Assembly: GCF_965237845.1 (NCBI RefSeq)
Contig: NZ_OZ250154.1
Location: 259,121 to 323,120, forward strand
Origin: Candidatus Spongiihabitans sp.
GTDB taxonomy: Bacteria; Pseudomonadota; Gammaproteobacteria; Arenicellales; Poriferihabitantaceae
Direction of reading: 5' to 3'
DNA: 64,000 nt
A program made the position numbers and the translations under genes. Of this stretch, positions 55,967-64,000 are shown in pieces (within the stretch, counting starts at the first letter, position 1; every line of letters begins with the position of its first letter). Under the pieces are notes generated by a model. The model worked only from the letters and a program-made list of their open reading frames with translations, did no database searches and was not told where the DNA came from.

Positions 55967-58900
55967 TCAACCGCAAATATTCCCGCACTTCTCTATTTCC
56001 CCCATCAATCGCTCGGTCTCAAGCAGGGCGATGATGATTTTTTGGTAGTGGATGATGTCGTGGTGGTTTAGGGTTCGGCCTTTGCGGTCTTTTAGCCATT
56101 TTTGGGCGGGTTGGTAGCCGCCGATGTGGAAGGTCCAGGCGGTTTCTGGGATGTCGCTGAAGTATTGGGTTTTGTTGATGCGGACTTTGCCGAGGCGGTT
56201 TTTGGGGTCGGTGATTTCAAAGATTGGTTTGGTGACGGTGTTGTCGCCGGTTTCGGGGTAGCCGGTGATGAGGGTGTTCAGGGTTGGGCTTTCCAACAGG
56301 TGCAATCCGCGCAACTCGGCGCCGAGGGCGGCCAGTTTTTGGAATTGTTTTTTGTCGGTGGGGTATGGCACGCGGGGGAAGTCTATTTTTAGAAACTCTT
56401 TGTAACGCGCCCGATACGCGGGCGAGTGGAGGACGGCGTAGAGGTAGTCCAGCAGGTCGATGGGGGCGAAGGTGTTGGGGTCGGCCTCGACTTCGTGGGT
56501 GAAGCGCAGGCAGAGTCCGGCGGCGATGGTTTGCACGATGTTTTTGTCGAGGTTAGGTTCGCGCTCTTGTTTGTTGTCGAGGCTTTGTTGTTTGTTGTCG
56601 GGGTAGAGGTAGAGAGGGAATATGTAACTTATGTCGTAGCGGGTAGCGTTCTTATGTGCCGTTATGTGCTTGGTGCATAATACAGAAAAATTATCTTTTG
56701 TAATGCGTGAAGTGACTAACCCCACATTCTCACCCAAGAGAAAGTGCTTCATTACCTGCATAACCGGCCAGCCGATAAACCCCCGAGTACGCCCCGTATA
56801 GACAATTTCCCGAAAGTCGAAAGGTCGATAATGAATTGTTTGTACAAGTTTGTTGCTGATGCCAAACTTTTCAATATCATTCCTTGCCCACTCATACCGC
56901 CAATCTCGCACATCATTCGGAAGGTTGTATTTACGGTAAAACTCATCTTTCTCCATGTTCAATATGTCTCTTGCTGCTTGGAGTGCTCTGTCGCGTGAAA
57001 AATGAATAGAGAGTTTGTCTCTTTTTGTAACTATGCCGGTGCCATTTATCGGAAACAACTCATTGACCGAAAATCCTTTGTCATACTCGCCCTGCAGCTT
57101 GTAGTCCTTCGGCACGAAAAAATACTGTGGCGCTTGCGGTTTCAATTCCTGGAAGCCAACTTGTTTAAGATTGCTGTCCCACAAAAATTGATATTTGCTT
57201 TCGCGATGTCCATACAGATCGTGGTGGAGCACGCGCGCCAAAGCCCCCTTTTTCTTCTGCCCGGTTTTTATGAACAAGTTGATGGACACGCCTTGCTGTA
57301 TGTCAAACACATTTTTATCCGGCGAGCCGTCGGGCGTGGTTTCCTTTTTCTTGCTGTTGCCGTGCAAGTCAATGATATAAATGCTGTCGAAACTTTGCAG
57401 CAAACTCCAGCGCATGCCGCGAAAGGTCGGGTTGTCCAGAAAACTGTGGTTGTTGATGTAGGCGAGGACGCCCACGCCGGTGCGATCAATGTAGTGCTGA
57501 CCATAACGAATGAACTTCACATAATCATCGTTAAGCCACTTGGAATTTTTCTCCTGCAATTTTCCGCCGCCCGGCTCTTGTTTGTAAGGCTGCAGCAAGT
57601 CGGTAATCCACTCGCCTTTGTTGGCGGATTCACCGCTATACGGCGGATTGCCCAGCACCACCATCACCGGCGTGTCGCGCTTGATGAAATTCGCTTCATT
57701 CGCCTCGGCCGAAAGCCATTGCGCGAACAGGGTGCCGGTGTCGGGGTGGTGTTGCTCCAGGGAGTTGGTCAGGAAGACGCGCAGGCGGCGGTCGTCGAGT
57801 TCGCAGCCGCTGTCGCGCAGCACCATGTCCAATTTGGTGTGCGCCATGGCGTAGGATGCCATCAACACTTCGAAGCCGTTCAATCGTGGAATCAGGTCGT
57901 TGCGGACATAGTCGGGCCAGATGCCTTTTTGATTGGCAAAATGCTCGCTATAAATCTGTTGCACGACGGCGGCGAGGAAGGTGCCGGTGCCGGTGGCCGG
58001 GTCAAGGATTTGCACTTGATGCACTTCCTTCTTGTACTTCTCGATTGTGCCTTTCTTGCGTTTGTCGGTGGACGGTTGCGCGTCGATTTCAATGGTGATT
58101 TTGCTGGTGTCGGCGAGGCCGGCGGACAAGCCGAATTCCTTTTGCAGGATGTCATCCACGGCGCGCACGATGAAGTCCACTACCGGTTTTGGGGTGTAAT
58201 AAACGCCGCGGCTCTTGCGTAACTTCGGGTCGTATTCGCCGAGGAAGGTCTCGTAAAAATGCAGGAACGGGTCATTGCGCTGAGTGGCTTTGCCGTAGTC
58301 TTTCATCAATTCGCCGACATCGGCGGCGCGGAAGATGTCGGCCAGGTCGTCGACGATCCAGCGAATGCGCTGGTCGAGGTCGTAGCCGGCGATGTGTTGA
58401 AAAAATCGGCGCAGGAACGGGTTGTTGGCGGGGATGAGTTCGGCGGCTTCGCGGCGTGTGAAGGTGACCGGGGTCGGGTCGTGCAGACGCGCCGCGAACA
58501 TGCCGTAGGCAACGGTCTGGGCGTAAATGTCGGCGAATGCGGCGGGCGCGATGTCGTGGATTAGGTGTTTCTGGAACGCGGCGAGTTGGCCTTGCAGGGC
58601 GCTGTCAATTTCGCTGGGCTGGTCGGTTGCGCCTTCGTCCTGATGCAGCGCTTTGGTAATCGTCTCTGCTAGCAGTCGCGCTTTCATCGCCATGCGTTTG
58701 GCGAGGTCGGCAGCAGTTTGGATGGTTTGGCCCTGGTAGCCGATGAAGGCGTCGAGGAGCGCGGTGAAGTTGGCGAAGTTTTTGGTTTTACTTGTTATTT
58801 TTCCGTTGACGATTTCACCGATAGCAACCGTTGATACGGGTTTGCCGTCGCGCAGCAGGCGAAACTCCAGGTAATTGGTAAAAATCAGATTATCCAGTGA

Positions 58901-59170
58901 TTCGGTGTAGCGTTTCAGTTGTTCTTTGTGGGCAGGATCGTCAAGGCTCTTGCCGAGGTCCTTGGCTTCGAGGTAGCCGAGCGGGATTTGGTTGCGGGTC
59001 AGTACAAAGTCGGGTGCACCGCAGTCAATCTGCTTCGGCTCGTTGGTGACCAGTACGCCGGGGAGCGTCGCCTTTAACAAGGTTTCCAACGCCGAGCGGT
59101 GGGTGTGTTCGGTGGCGATGCCGGCTTGGTGGTGCTGGTCGAGTTGCTTGAGGTATGGGTGGATGTTCAT
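55967..59170 (-). CDS. Type IIG/IIL-like bifunctional restriction endonuclease / gamma-class N6-adenine methyltransferase with type ISP-like C-terminal specificity domain
   Basis: 1067 aa. The N-terminal PD-ExK motif is GAPDFVLTRNQIPLGYLEAKD. MTase motif I ILDPATGTGTFL precedes motif IV VVLGNPPYSGES, which is the gamma-class order. The C-terminal FHIGGYQPAQKWLKDRKGR block is as in type ISP/MmeI-like enzymes. No helicase motifs are present. Confidence 0.75.
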   Translation of the reverse strand: MNIHPYLKQLDQHHQAGIATEHTHRSALETLLKATLPGVLVTNEPKQIDCGAPDFVLTRNQIPLGYLEAKDLGKSLDDPAHKEQLKRYTESLDNLIFTNYLEFRLLRDGKPVSTVAIGEIVNGKITSKTKNFANFTALLDAFIGYQGQTIQTAADLAKRMAMKARLLAETITKALHQDEGATDQPSEIDSALQGQLAAFQKHLIHDIAPAAFADIYAQTVAYGMFAARLHDPTPVTFTRREAAELIPANNPFLRRFFQHIAGYDLDQRIRWIVDDLADIFRAADVGELMKDYGKATQRNDPFLHFYETFLGEYDPKLRKSRGVYYTPKPVVDFIVRAVDDILQKEFGLSAGLADTSKITIEIDAQPSTDKRKKGTIEKYKKEVHQVQILDPATGTGTFLAAVVQQIYSEHFANQKGIWPDYVRNDLIPRLNGFEVLMASYAMAHTKLDMVLRDSGCELDDRRLRVFLTNSLEQHHPDTGTLFAQWLSAEANEANFIKRDTPVMVVLGNPPYSGESANKGEWITDLLQPYKQEPGGGKLQEKNSKWLNDDYVKFIRYGQHYIDRTGVGVLAYINNHSFLDNPTFRGMRWSLLQSFDSIYIIDLHGNSKKKETTPDGSPDKNVFDIQQGVSINLFIKTGQKKKGALARVLHHDLYGHRESKYQFLWDSNLKQVGFQELKPQAPQYFFVPKDYKLQGEYDKGFSVNELFPINGTGIVTKRDKLSIHFSRDRALQAARDILNMEKDEFYRKYNLPNDVRDWRYEWARNDIEKFGISNKLVQTIHYRPFDFREIVYTGRTRGFIGWPVMQVMKHFLLGENVGLVTSRITKDNFSVLCTKHITAHKNATRYDISYIFPLYLYPDNKQQSLDNKQEREPNLDKNIVQTIAAGLCLRFTHEVEADPNTFAPIDLLDYLYAVLHSPAYRARYKEFLKIDFPRVPYPTDKKQFQKLAALGAELRGLHLLESPTLNTLITGYPETGDNTVTKPIFEITDPKNRLGKVRINKTQYFSDIPETAWTFHIGGYQPAQKWLKDRKGRTLNHHDIIHYQKIIIALLETERLMGEIEKCGNICG
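56003..56151. repeat. 149-nt direct repeat, copy B (partner at 54517..54665)
   Basis: See copy A. This copy lies inside the 3' end of the intact 1067-aa gene. Confidence 0.85.
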
Positions 59171-59324
59171 TGTTTGTCCGCAGTCGGGTTGGGTTCGGCG
59201 GCGGTTTTAGGTGGCATTGTCGCTGCCGAATAATACGCTTGCATATGCCGTGTATTTTAGTGGATATTTCTGTATCATAATCGTTAAAAAATTTCCGCAT
59301 GGGATAATACCCTGTTTTTAAGGA

Positions 59325-60059
59325 ATGAATGATTATTACGAAAACACTAAATCATACCGCCAGGCCATTGACATTGACTTCTGGCGCAATCCTGAAGGGG
59401 TGTCGGTGCCGGACGACGAACTCAATTTTCTGCTGGTGCCTGATGTTGTTGAATCGGTTGCTTGCCTGGATTTAGCGAAACAGGTGCACGCCTATCAAAA
59501 ACAACATGAAAACCTGCCCGAACAGATTACAAAATCGTTGATGGTGACCATGGGCGGATTGTTGCCCAGCGTCTTGCTTTACGATCATTTGGTTGAAGGC
59601 CGTCATGGAGAAATTCCAAAAATTGAGTTTGGAACCATTGGGGTTTCATTATACAAGGGGCCGGGAGAGCGTTATAAAAACCCGTTAGTGCAACACGAAA
59701 TTTCCATCCCGATTACCGGGGAAACCGTGCTTGTCATCGACGACCTTGGCGATGAAGGCGGCACCATGCAGTTTCTCACGCGCCACATTCTCGACAGCGG
59801 CGCGCACAAGGTGCTGAACCTAGCGTTGTATATGAAACCCAAGGCGATGGCGGTCAGTGGCGCTGATTTTTATTTTGGCGAAACCCCGCAGAATACATGG
59901 ATTATCACACCCCGAGAGCGGGTAGAAACATTAATGAAGCGGGTGCCGCTATGGAAGCAACGCGGCGCATCTATGGACGAGTGTCGCCGCAGACTGGTTG
60001 ACTTGATTGGCTATACCGAGCAGGAAGTGGATTACTATCTGGGTATCGCTTACCGCTAA
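59325..60059 (+). CDS. Phosphoribosyltransferase-family protein
   Basis: 244 aa with the PRPP-binding motif VLVIDDLGDEGGT. Confidence 0.7.
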   Translation: MNDYYENTKSYRQAIDIDFWRNPEGVSVPDDELNFLLVPDVVESVACLDLAKQVHAYQKQHENLPEQITKSLMVTMGGLLPSVLLYDHLVEGRHGEIPKIEFGTIGVSLYKGPGERYKNPLVQHEISIPITGETVLVIDDLGDEGGTMQFLTRHILDSGAHKVLNLALYMKPKAMAVSGADFYFGETPQNTWIITPRERVETLMKRVPLWKQRGASMDECRRRLVDLIGYTEQEVDYYLGIAYR

Positions 60060-60763
60060 TCGAGTTTCTCCAACAATGCCTTGCCACCCAACTGTTTCAT
60101 CTGTTTCAATATCCATCGCTGGCGTTTGACCACAAATGCCGAAGGCTGCAGAACTGAGTATTGCGTCGGATTGGGTAATACCGCGGCGATTCGCGCGGCT
60201 TCGTGCCGATTTAATTGCTCAGGCGTCTTGTGGTAATAAAAAGCGCTGGCGGCGCCGATGCCAAACAGGTTGTCCCCCATTTGCGCGATGTTAAGATAGA
60301 CCTCAAGAATGCGTTGTTTGCTCCAGAATATTTCAATCAAAATTGCCAACCCCGCTTCCAATGCTTTTCGGAAGTAGCTGCGTTCGGGCCAAAGAAAAAG
60401 ATTCTTGGCGACTTGCTGGGTGATGGTGCTCGCGCCGCGTAGTCGATCAGATTTCGAGGCGATGGTGTTGAACAGTTCATTAAAGTCGATGCCGAAGTGG
60501 GCAGGGAATCTCTGATCTTCAGCGGCGATAACCGCGACTGCCGCATGCCCTGAAATTTTGTCCCAATCATGCCATTGGTATGCTGAGAACTTGTTCTCTC
60601 CAGACAAAACCGAATGAATATTATTTTGCAGCATGACCGAGCTGGTGATTGGATCGATCCATCGAAGAGCGCCAATAAAAATTATCGCGCAAATTACAGG
60701 CAGCAATAATAAAAACAGCGCAATGGCCAAGAGTCTGGTTTTAAGTTTTTGCCGCATCATCAA
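60056..60763 (-). CDS. mtgA: Monofunctional peptidoglycan glycosyltransferase
   Basis: 235 aa with an N-terminal TM helix and the GT51 motifs AAEDQRFPAHFGID and RKALE. Confidence 0.9.
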   Translation of the reverse strand: MMMRQKLKTRLLAIALFLLLLPVICAIIFIGALRWIDPITSSVMLQNNIHSVLSGENKFSAYQWHDWDKISGHAAVAVIAAEDQRFPAHFGIDFNELFNTIASKSDRLRGASTITQQVAKNLFLWPERSYFRKALEAGLAILIEIFWSKQRILEVYLNIAQMGDNLFGIGAASAFYYHKTPEQLNRHEAARIAAVLPNPTQYSVLQPSAFVVKRQRWILKQMKQLGGKALLEKLD

Positions 60764-60799
60764 TCAAATACCGCCAAATACCAGATGACAAAAACAATC

Positions 60800-62389
60800 C
60801 TAGAAGCCCGCAGCCATGCCATCTTTGCGGTGGTCGGAACCGCCGATATAACCGGCCTCGGTTTTCACGATCAACTGCGCGCCACCCATGCTGAATCGGG
60901 TGTCTGCATTGTTATCCACTATATTGTGCCCGCGGTTTTTCAATTCACCGCGAACTTTGTCGCCAATACCGTCTTCAATATGAACTTGATTATCGGTGGA
61001 TACTCGCCAGCGCGGCGCATCGCTTGCCGCTTGGGGGTTTAGTCCATAATCACAAATCCGTATCACCATTTGGGCATGGCCCTGTGCCTGCATGTGTCCG
61101 CCCATTACCCCGAAGCTCATGAAAGGTTTTCCATTAGCACAGAGAAACGCCGGGATGATAGTATGAAACGGGCGTTTGCCGCCGCAAACTTGGTTCGGAT
61201 GGCCGTTTTGTAAAACGAAACCGGCGCCTCGGTTCTGAAGGCTAATTCCGGTTTCGGGTATGACGATGCCGGAGCCAAATCCCTGGTAATTACTTTGAAT
61301 CATCGACACCATCATGCCGGATTGATCTGCGGCGGCAAGGTAAACCGTGCCGCTGTTCGGCGGCAAGCCATAGGCAGGATTTCCGGTTTTTTTCATGTCG
61401 ATCAATGCGGCGCGACTTTCCAGATACCCACAATCCAGAAGCGCAACGGCATTGATGTCCATATAGGCGGGGTCGGCGATGTAGCGAAAAGCATCGGCAA
61501 AAGCCAGTTTCATAGCCTCAATTTGGCAATGCAGGCTGTCTGCCGAATCCATTTCATACTGCGCGATATTATGGTGTTGAATAATTCCGAGCATGATCAG
61601 CGCGGCCAATCCCTGACCGTTGGGTGGGATTTCGTGCAACTCAAAATCGTTATACTCATGAGAAATTAAATCAACCCAGTCGGCTTGGTGTGCCTCAAGG
61701 TCGGTCGCGGCCAGCTTGGCATCGGCGCATTTTGCTGCACTCACCATCTGCTCTGCCAGATCGCCTTGGTAAAATGCCCCGCCTTTAGTGTCGGCGATTT
61801 TCTGCAGCGTTCGCGCTTGATCCGGGAAGCGGAATAGTTGGCCAGATTTGGGCGCGTTTCCGCCTGGAAGGAAGGGTGCAAAATCTTCAAATTCAGAAAA
61901 TATTTCAGCTGCCGCAGACCAGGCATTTGCCGTAATCGGTGTCACCATAAAACCATTGTCGGCGTACTCTATGGCCGCTTCAAATAGTTTGTCGAACGGC
62001 AGTCTGCCAAAGCGTTTCGACAATGCAACCCAGGCACTGACACAGCCTGGCACAGTCACGCTGTCCCATCCGCGTTGCGGCATTTCACTCAGCCCGGCAA
62101 AATAATCGGCCGATAGCGCCGCCGGACTCCGTCCCGAAGCATTGAGGCCATGCAGTTGCTCGCCGTCCCACAAAATACAAAAAGCATCGCCGCCGATGCC
62201 ATTGCTGGTCGGTTCCACAACTGTCAACGTAATTGCCGTGGCAATTGCAGCATCTACCGCATTGCCGCCCTGGCGCATGATCGATAATCCAGCCTGCACC
62301 GCCAGCGGATGGGAAGTGGCAACCATGTTCCTGGCCATGACCGGCATACGCTGGGAAGGATAGAGAAATTGTTCCCGGTAACTACTCAT
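60800..62389 (-). CDS. ggt: Gamma-glutamyltransferase family protein
   Basis: 529 aa with an Ntn-hydrolase Thr context NSGTVYLAAAD and the C-terminal GGSDHRKDG. Confidence 0.85.
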   Translation of the reverse strand: MSSYREQFLYPSQRMPVMARNMVATSHPLAVQAGLSIMRQGGNAVDAAIATAITLTVVEPTSNGIGGDAFCILWDGEQLHGLNASGRSPAALSADYFAGLSEMPQRGWDSVTVPGCVSAWVALSKRFGRLPFDKLFEAAIEYADNGFMVTPITANAWSAAAEIFSEFEDFAPFLPGGNAPKSGQLFRFPDQARTLQKIADTKGGAFYQGDLAEQMVSAAKCADAKLAATDLEAHQADWVDLISHEYNDFELHEIPPNGQGLAALIMLGIIQHHNIAQYEMDSADSLHCQIEAMKLAFADAFRYIADPAYMDINAVALLDCGYLESRAALIDMKKTGNPAYGLPPNSGTVYLAAADQSGMMVSMIQSNYQGFGSGIVIPETGISLQNRGAGFVLQNGHPNQVCGGKRPFHTIIPAFLCANGKPFMSFGVMGGHMQAQGHAQMVIRICDYGLNPQAASDAPRWRVSTDNQVHIEDGIGDKVRGELKNRGHNIVDNNADTRFSMGGAQLIVKTEAGYIGGSDHRKDGMAAGF

Positions 62390-63305
62390 TTGGTTTTGCT
62401 GCGAATGGATTGTTTGATTGATTTTTTAAGTGATTGTGCAATTGTCGTTCATGGCGAATAGCGATCAAACTGTAGGTAATAACCGAGGCTAACACGATGC
62501 CGCCTCCAAAAAACGTGTAATTTCCTGGTACCTCATTGACCCCAATCCAAACCCAAATCGGGCCGAGCGCCGATTCGCTCAATGCAAATAGTGCGACCTC
62601 CGCGGCCGGGATGAAGCGCGTTCCCAGGGTTAACAGGAAGAATCCCAAGCCAAATTGGAGACTGCCCAAGACGATGCAAATTAATAAGTCATGGGCGGTA
62701 ATATTTAGATCGGAAACCATGATTGCAGCGACCGCAAACGTCAGCAAACCGGACAATCCGGTCGCCGGCACCATGTCAACGTCTTTTTTGGCGCGCAATA
62801 TCAACAGGTAAAACGCAAACACAAATACCATGCACATTGCCAGAATGTTGCCCAATAGTCCGCCGCTCACGAAGCCGTCTATAAACATCAATCCGATGCC
62901 CAACACCGCCACGACCATTGTCGCCAGTCGCCAGGCACTGAGCTTTTCCTTAAGGAAAAGCCATGCCACCAATGCGGTCACCAGCGGACTCGATCCAATA
63001 ATGAACACCACATTTGCGACCGTGGTGTTGAGCATGGCGAAAATGTAAAGAACCGATCCAAGGCTGAGCAGGGTGGCGGCGACCAGCCCGAGGATGCCGA
63101 CCGCCCGGTATGCCGCGAAGGTTTTCCTGCCGTATTTGAAAACCAGAATCGTCAGGATGGTGCAAAAAAACGCAATAGAGCGGAAAAATATTATTTGCCA
63201 ACCATCGGCATTATCCATAATGCGTAACAAAATACCCGATATGCTTAAGCAAACACCGCCGGAGATGACCAGCAGAATACCGAGTAGATACCGGTTTTGC
63301 TTCAC
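62382..63305 (-). CDS. DMT-superfamily (EamA) transporter
   Basis: 307 aa with ten hydrophobic helices in a two-EamA-repeat layout. It overlaps the ggt start by 8 nt. Confidence 0.75.
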   Translation of the reverse strand: MKQNRYLLGILLVISGGVCLSISGILLRIMDNADGWQIIFFRSIAFFCTILTILVFKYGRKTFAAYRAVGILGLVAATLLSLGSVLYIFAMLNTTVANVVFIIGSSPLVTALVAWLFLKEKLSAWRLATMVVAVLGIGLMFIDGFVSGGLLGNILAMCMVFVFAFYLLILRAKKDVDMVPATGLSGLLTFAVAAIMVSDLNITAHDLLICIVLGSLQFGLGFFLLTLGTRFIPAAEVALFALSESALGPIWVWIGVNEVPGNYTFFGGGIVLASVITYSLIAIRHERQLHNHLKNQSNNPFAAKPNE

Positions 63306-63350
63306 AATGTCTGAATGCGAGAATGTTATGCGAGCAAGACTAAATTCGGG

Positions 63351-64000
63351 CTAGACTTGTAATTTCTGGGTCGCCCGCAGCCGTCGGCTTCGCCGGTTTT
63401 CGATAGGCACCACCAATAAAGACATCATTGGCGGGATGATCAACAATGTAATAATCGCCGACAAACCCAACCCGCCCACCACCACAGAGCCGAGTCCGCG
63501 ATATAACTCAGAGCCAGCGCCGGGAAATAAAACCAAAGGCAACATGCCGAAAACACTGGTCAACGTGGACATAAAAATCGGCCGAATCCGATTTCGAGTC
63601 GCTTGTTTTATGGCCTCTTGGGCGGTAAGCAGATCGTTGCGAATATGGCGCAATGTTTGATGCACCAGCAAGATTGCATTATTGACCACTATGCCGATGA
63701 GAATCACAAAGCCAAGCATGGTCAGCATGTCCAGCGGCTGCTGCGTGACCAGATTCAAAAGCGCCAGGCCGCCCACGCCGCCAGCCGCGGCCGCCGGCAC
63801 CGACAGCATGATGATTATTGGATAGACAAAACTTTCAAAAAGCACCGCCATGACCAGATAAACAATAATAAGCGCCAGCATCATATTAATCGCCATGGCA
63901 TTTCGGGTTTCAACCAATTTGTCGGCGGTGCCTGAAATGTTCAACTGCACGCCAGCGGGCAGCCCTTCTTGCTGCAAAGGCTCGATCACCTGCTGTTTTA
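63351..64000 (-). CDS. RND efflux transporter permease (AcrB family), C-terminal part; gene continues beyond the right window edge
   Basis: The C-terminal TM bundle sequence (IRPIFMSTLTSVFGMLPLVL...) is typical of HAE1 RND pumps. The frame is open to the window end. Confidence 0.8.
   Translation of the reverse strand, partial: KQQVIEPLQQEGLPAGVQLNISGTADKLVETRNAMAINMMLALIIVYLVMAVLFESFVYPIIIMLSVPAAAAGGVGGLALLNLVTQQPLDMLTMLGFVILIGIVVNNAILLVHQTLRHIRNDLLTAQEAIKQATRNRIRPIFMSTLTSVFGMLPLVLFPGAGSELYRGLGSVVVGGLGLSAIITLLIIPPMMSLLVVPIENRRSRRLRATQKLQV

Noticed and set aside
1-64000. Search for tRNA/rRNA genes, integrases, transposases, IS ends or att-type direct repeats flanking the two islands
   Set aside because: I found none by eye in intergenic regions or in the ORF translations. 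This is a visual scan, so absence should be confirmed with tRNAscan-SE, ISfinder and self-alignment.

Overview
This is a 64-kb chromosomal window with gammaproteobacterial-type gene content and roughly 50% GC in the housekeeping parts. I saw no rRNA, tRNA, CRISPR array, integrase or transposase.

Most of the window is core metabolism:
- An aa3-type cytochrome c oxidase cluster (cyoE, coxB, coxA, ctaG, coxC, SURF1 plus small membrane ORFs; 0.5-9.2 kb).
- argH-lptM-lysA, aroE, nagZ, spoT-rpoZ-gmk-yicC, glnE-ilvE and waaF.
- A split B12-dependent ribonucleotide reductase (nrdJa/nrdJb).
- An MFS transporter next to a PLP decarboxylase, two peroxiredoxin/thioredoxin-fold genes, mtgA, ggt, an EamA transporter and the 3' part of an RND pump gene.

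Two accessory, compositionally deviant islands stand out.

Island 1 (15.86-23.4 kb, minus strand) is the best candidate for an undescribed system. It is a type III-like mod/res pair pulled apart by an ABC/AAA15-like ATPase and a very AT-rich 187-aa orphan ORF. All four genes are translationally coupled, with a 36-nt gap, a 4-nt overlap and a 17-nt overlap.

Island 2 (about 52.5-59.3 kb) is a patchwork of intact and decayed defence-type genes:
- Fragments of an RloA/RloB-like module.
- A small ORF plus an SDH/ClpP-fold serine protease.
- A frameshifted 3' remnant of a type ISP/IIG-like enzyme.
- A small ORF plus a 3-TM membrane protein.
- An intact 1067-aa type IIG-like nuclease-methyltransferase. 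Its target-recognition segment is about 32% GC inside an otherwise about 70% GC gene.

The window also carries many 10-15-nt tandem duplications, several of them in frame in conserved genes (waaF, glnE, the MFS transporter). All family assignments come from motif reading by eye; no database search was run.
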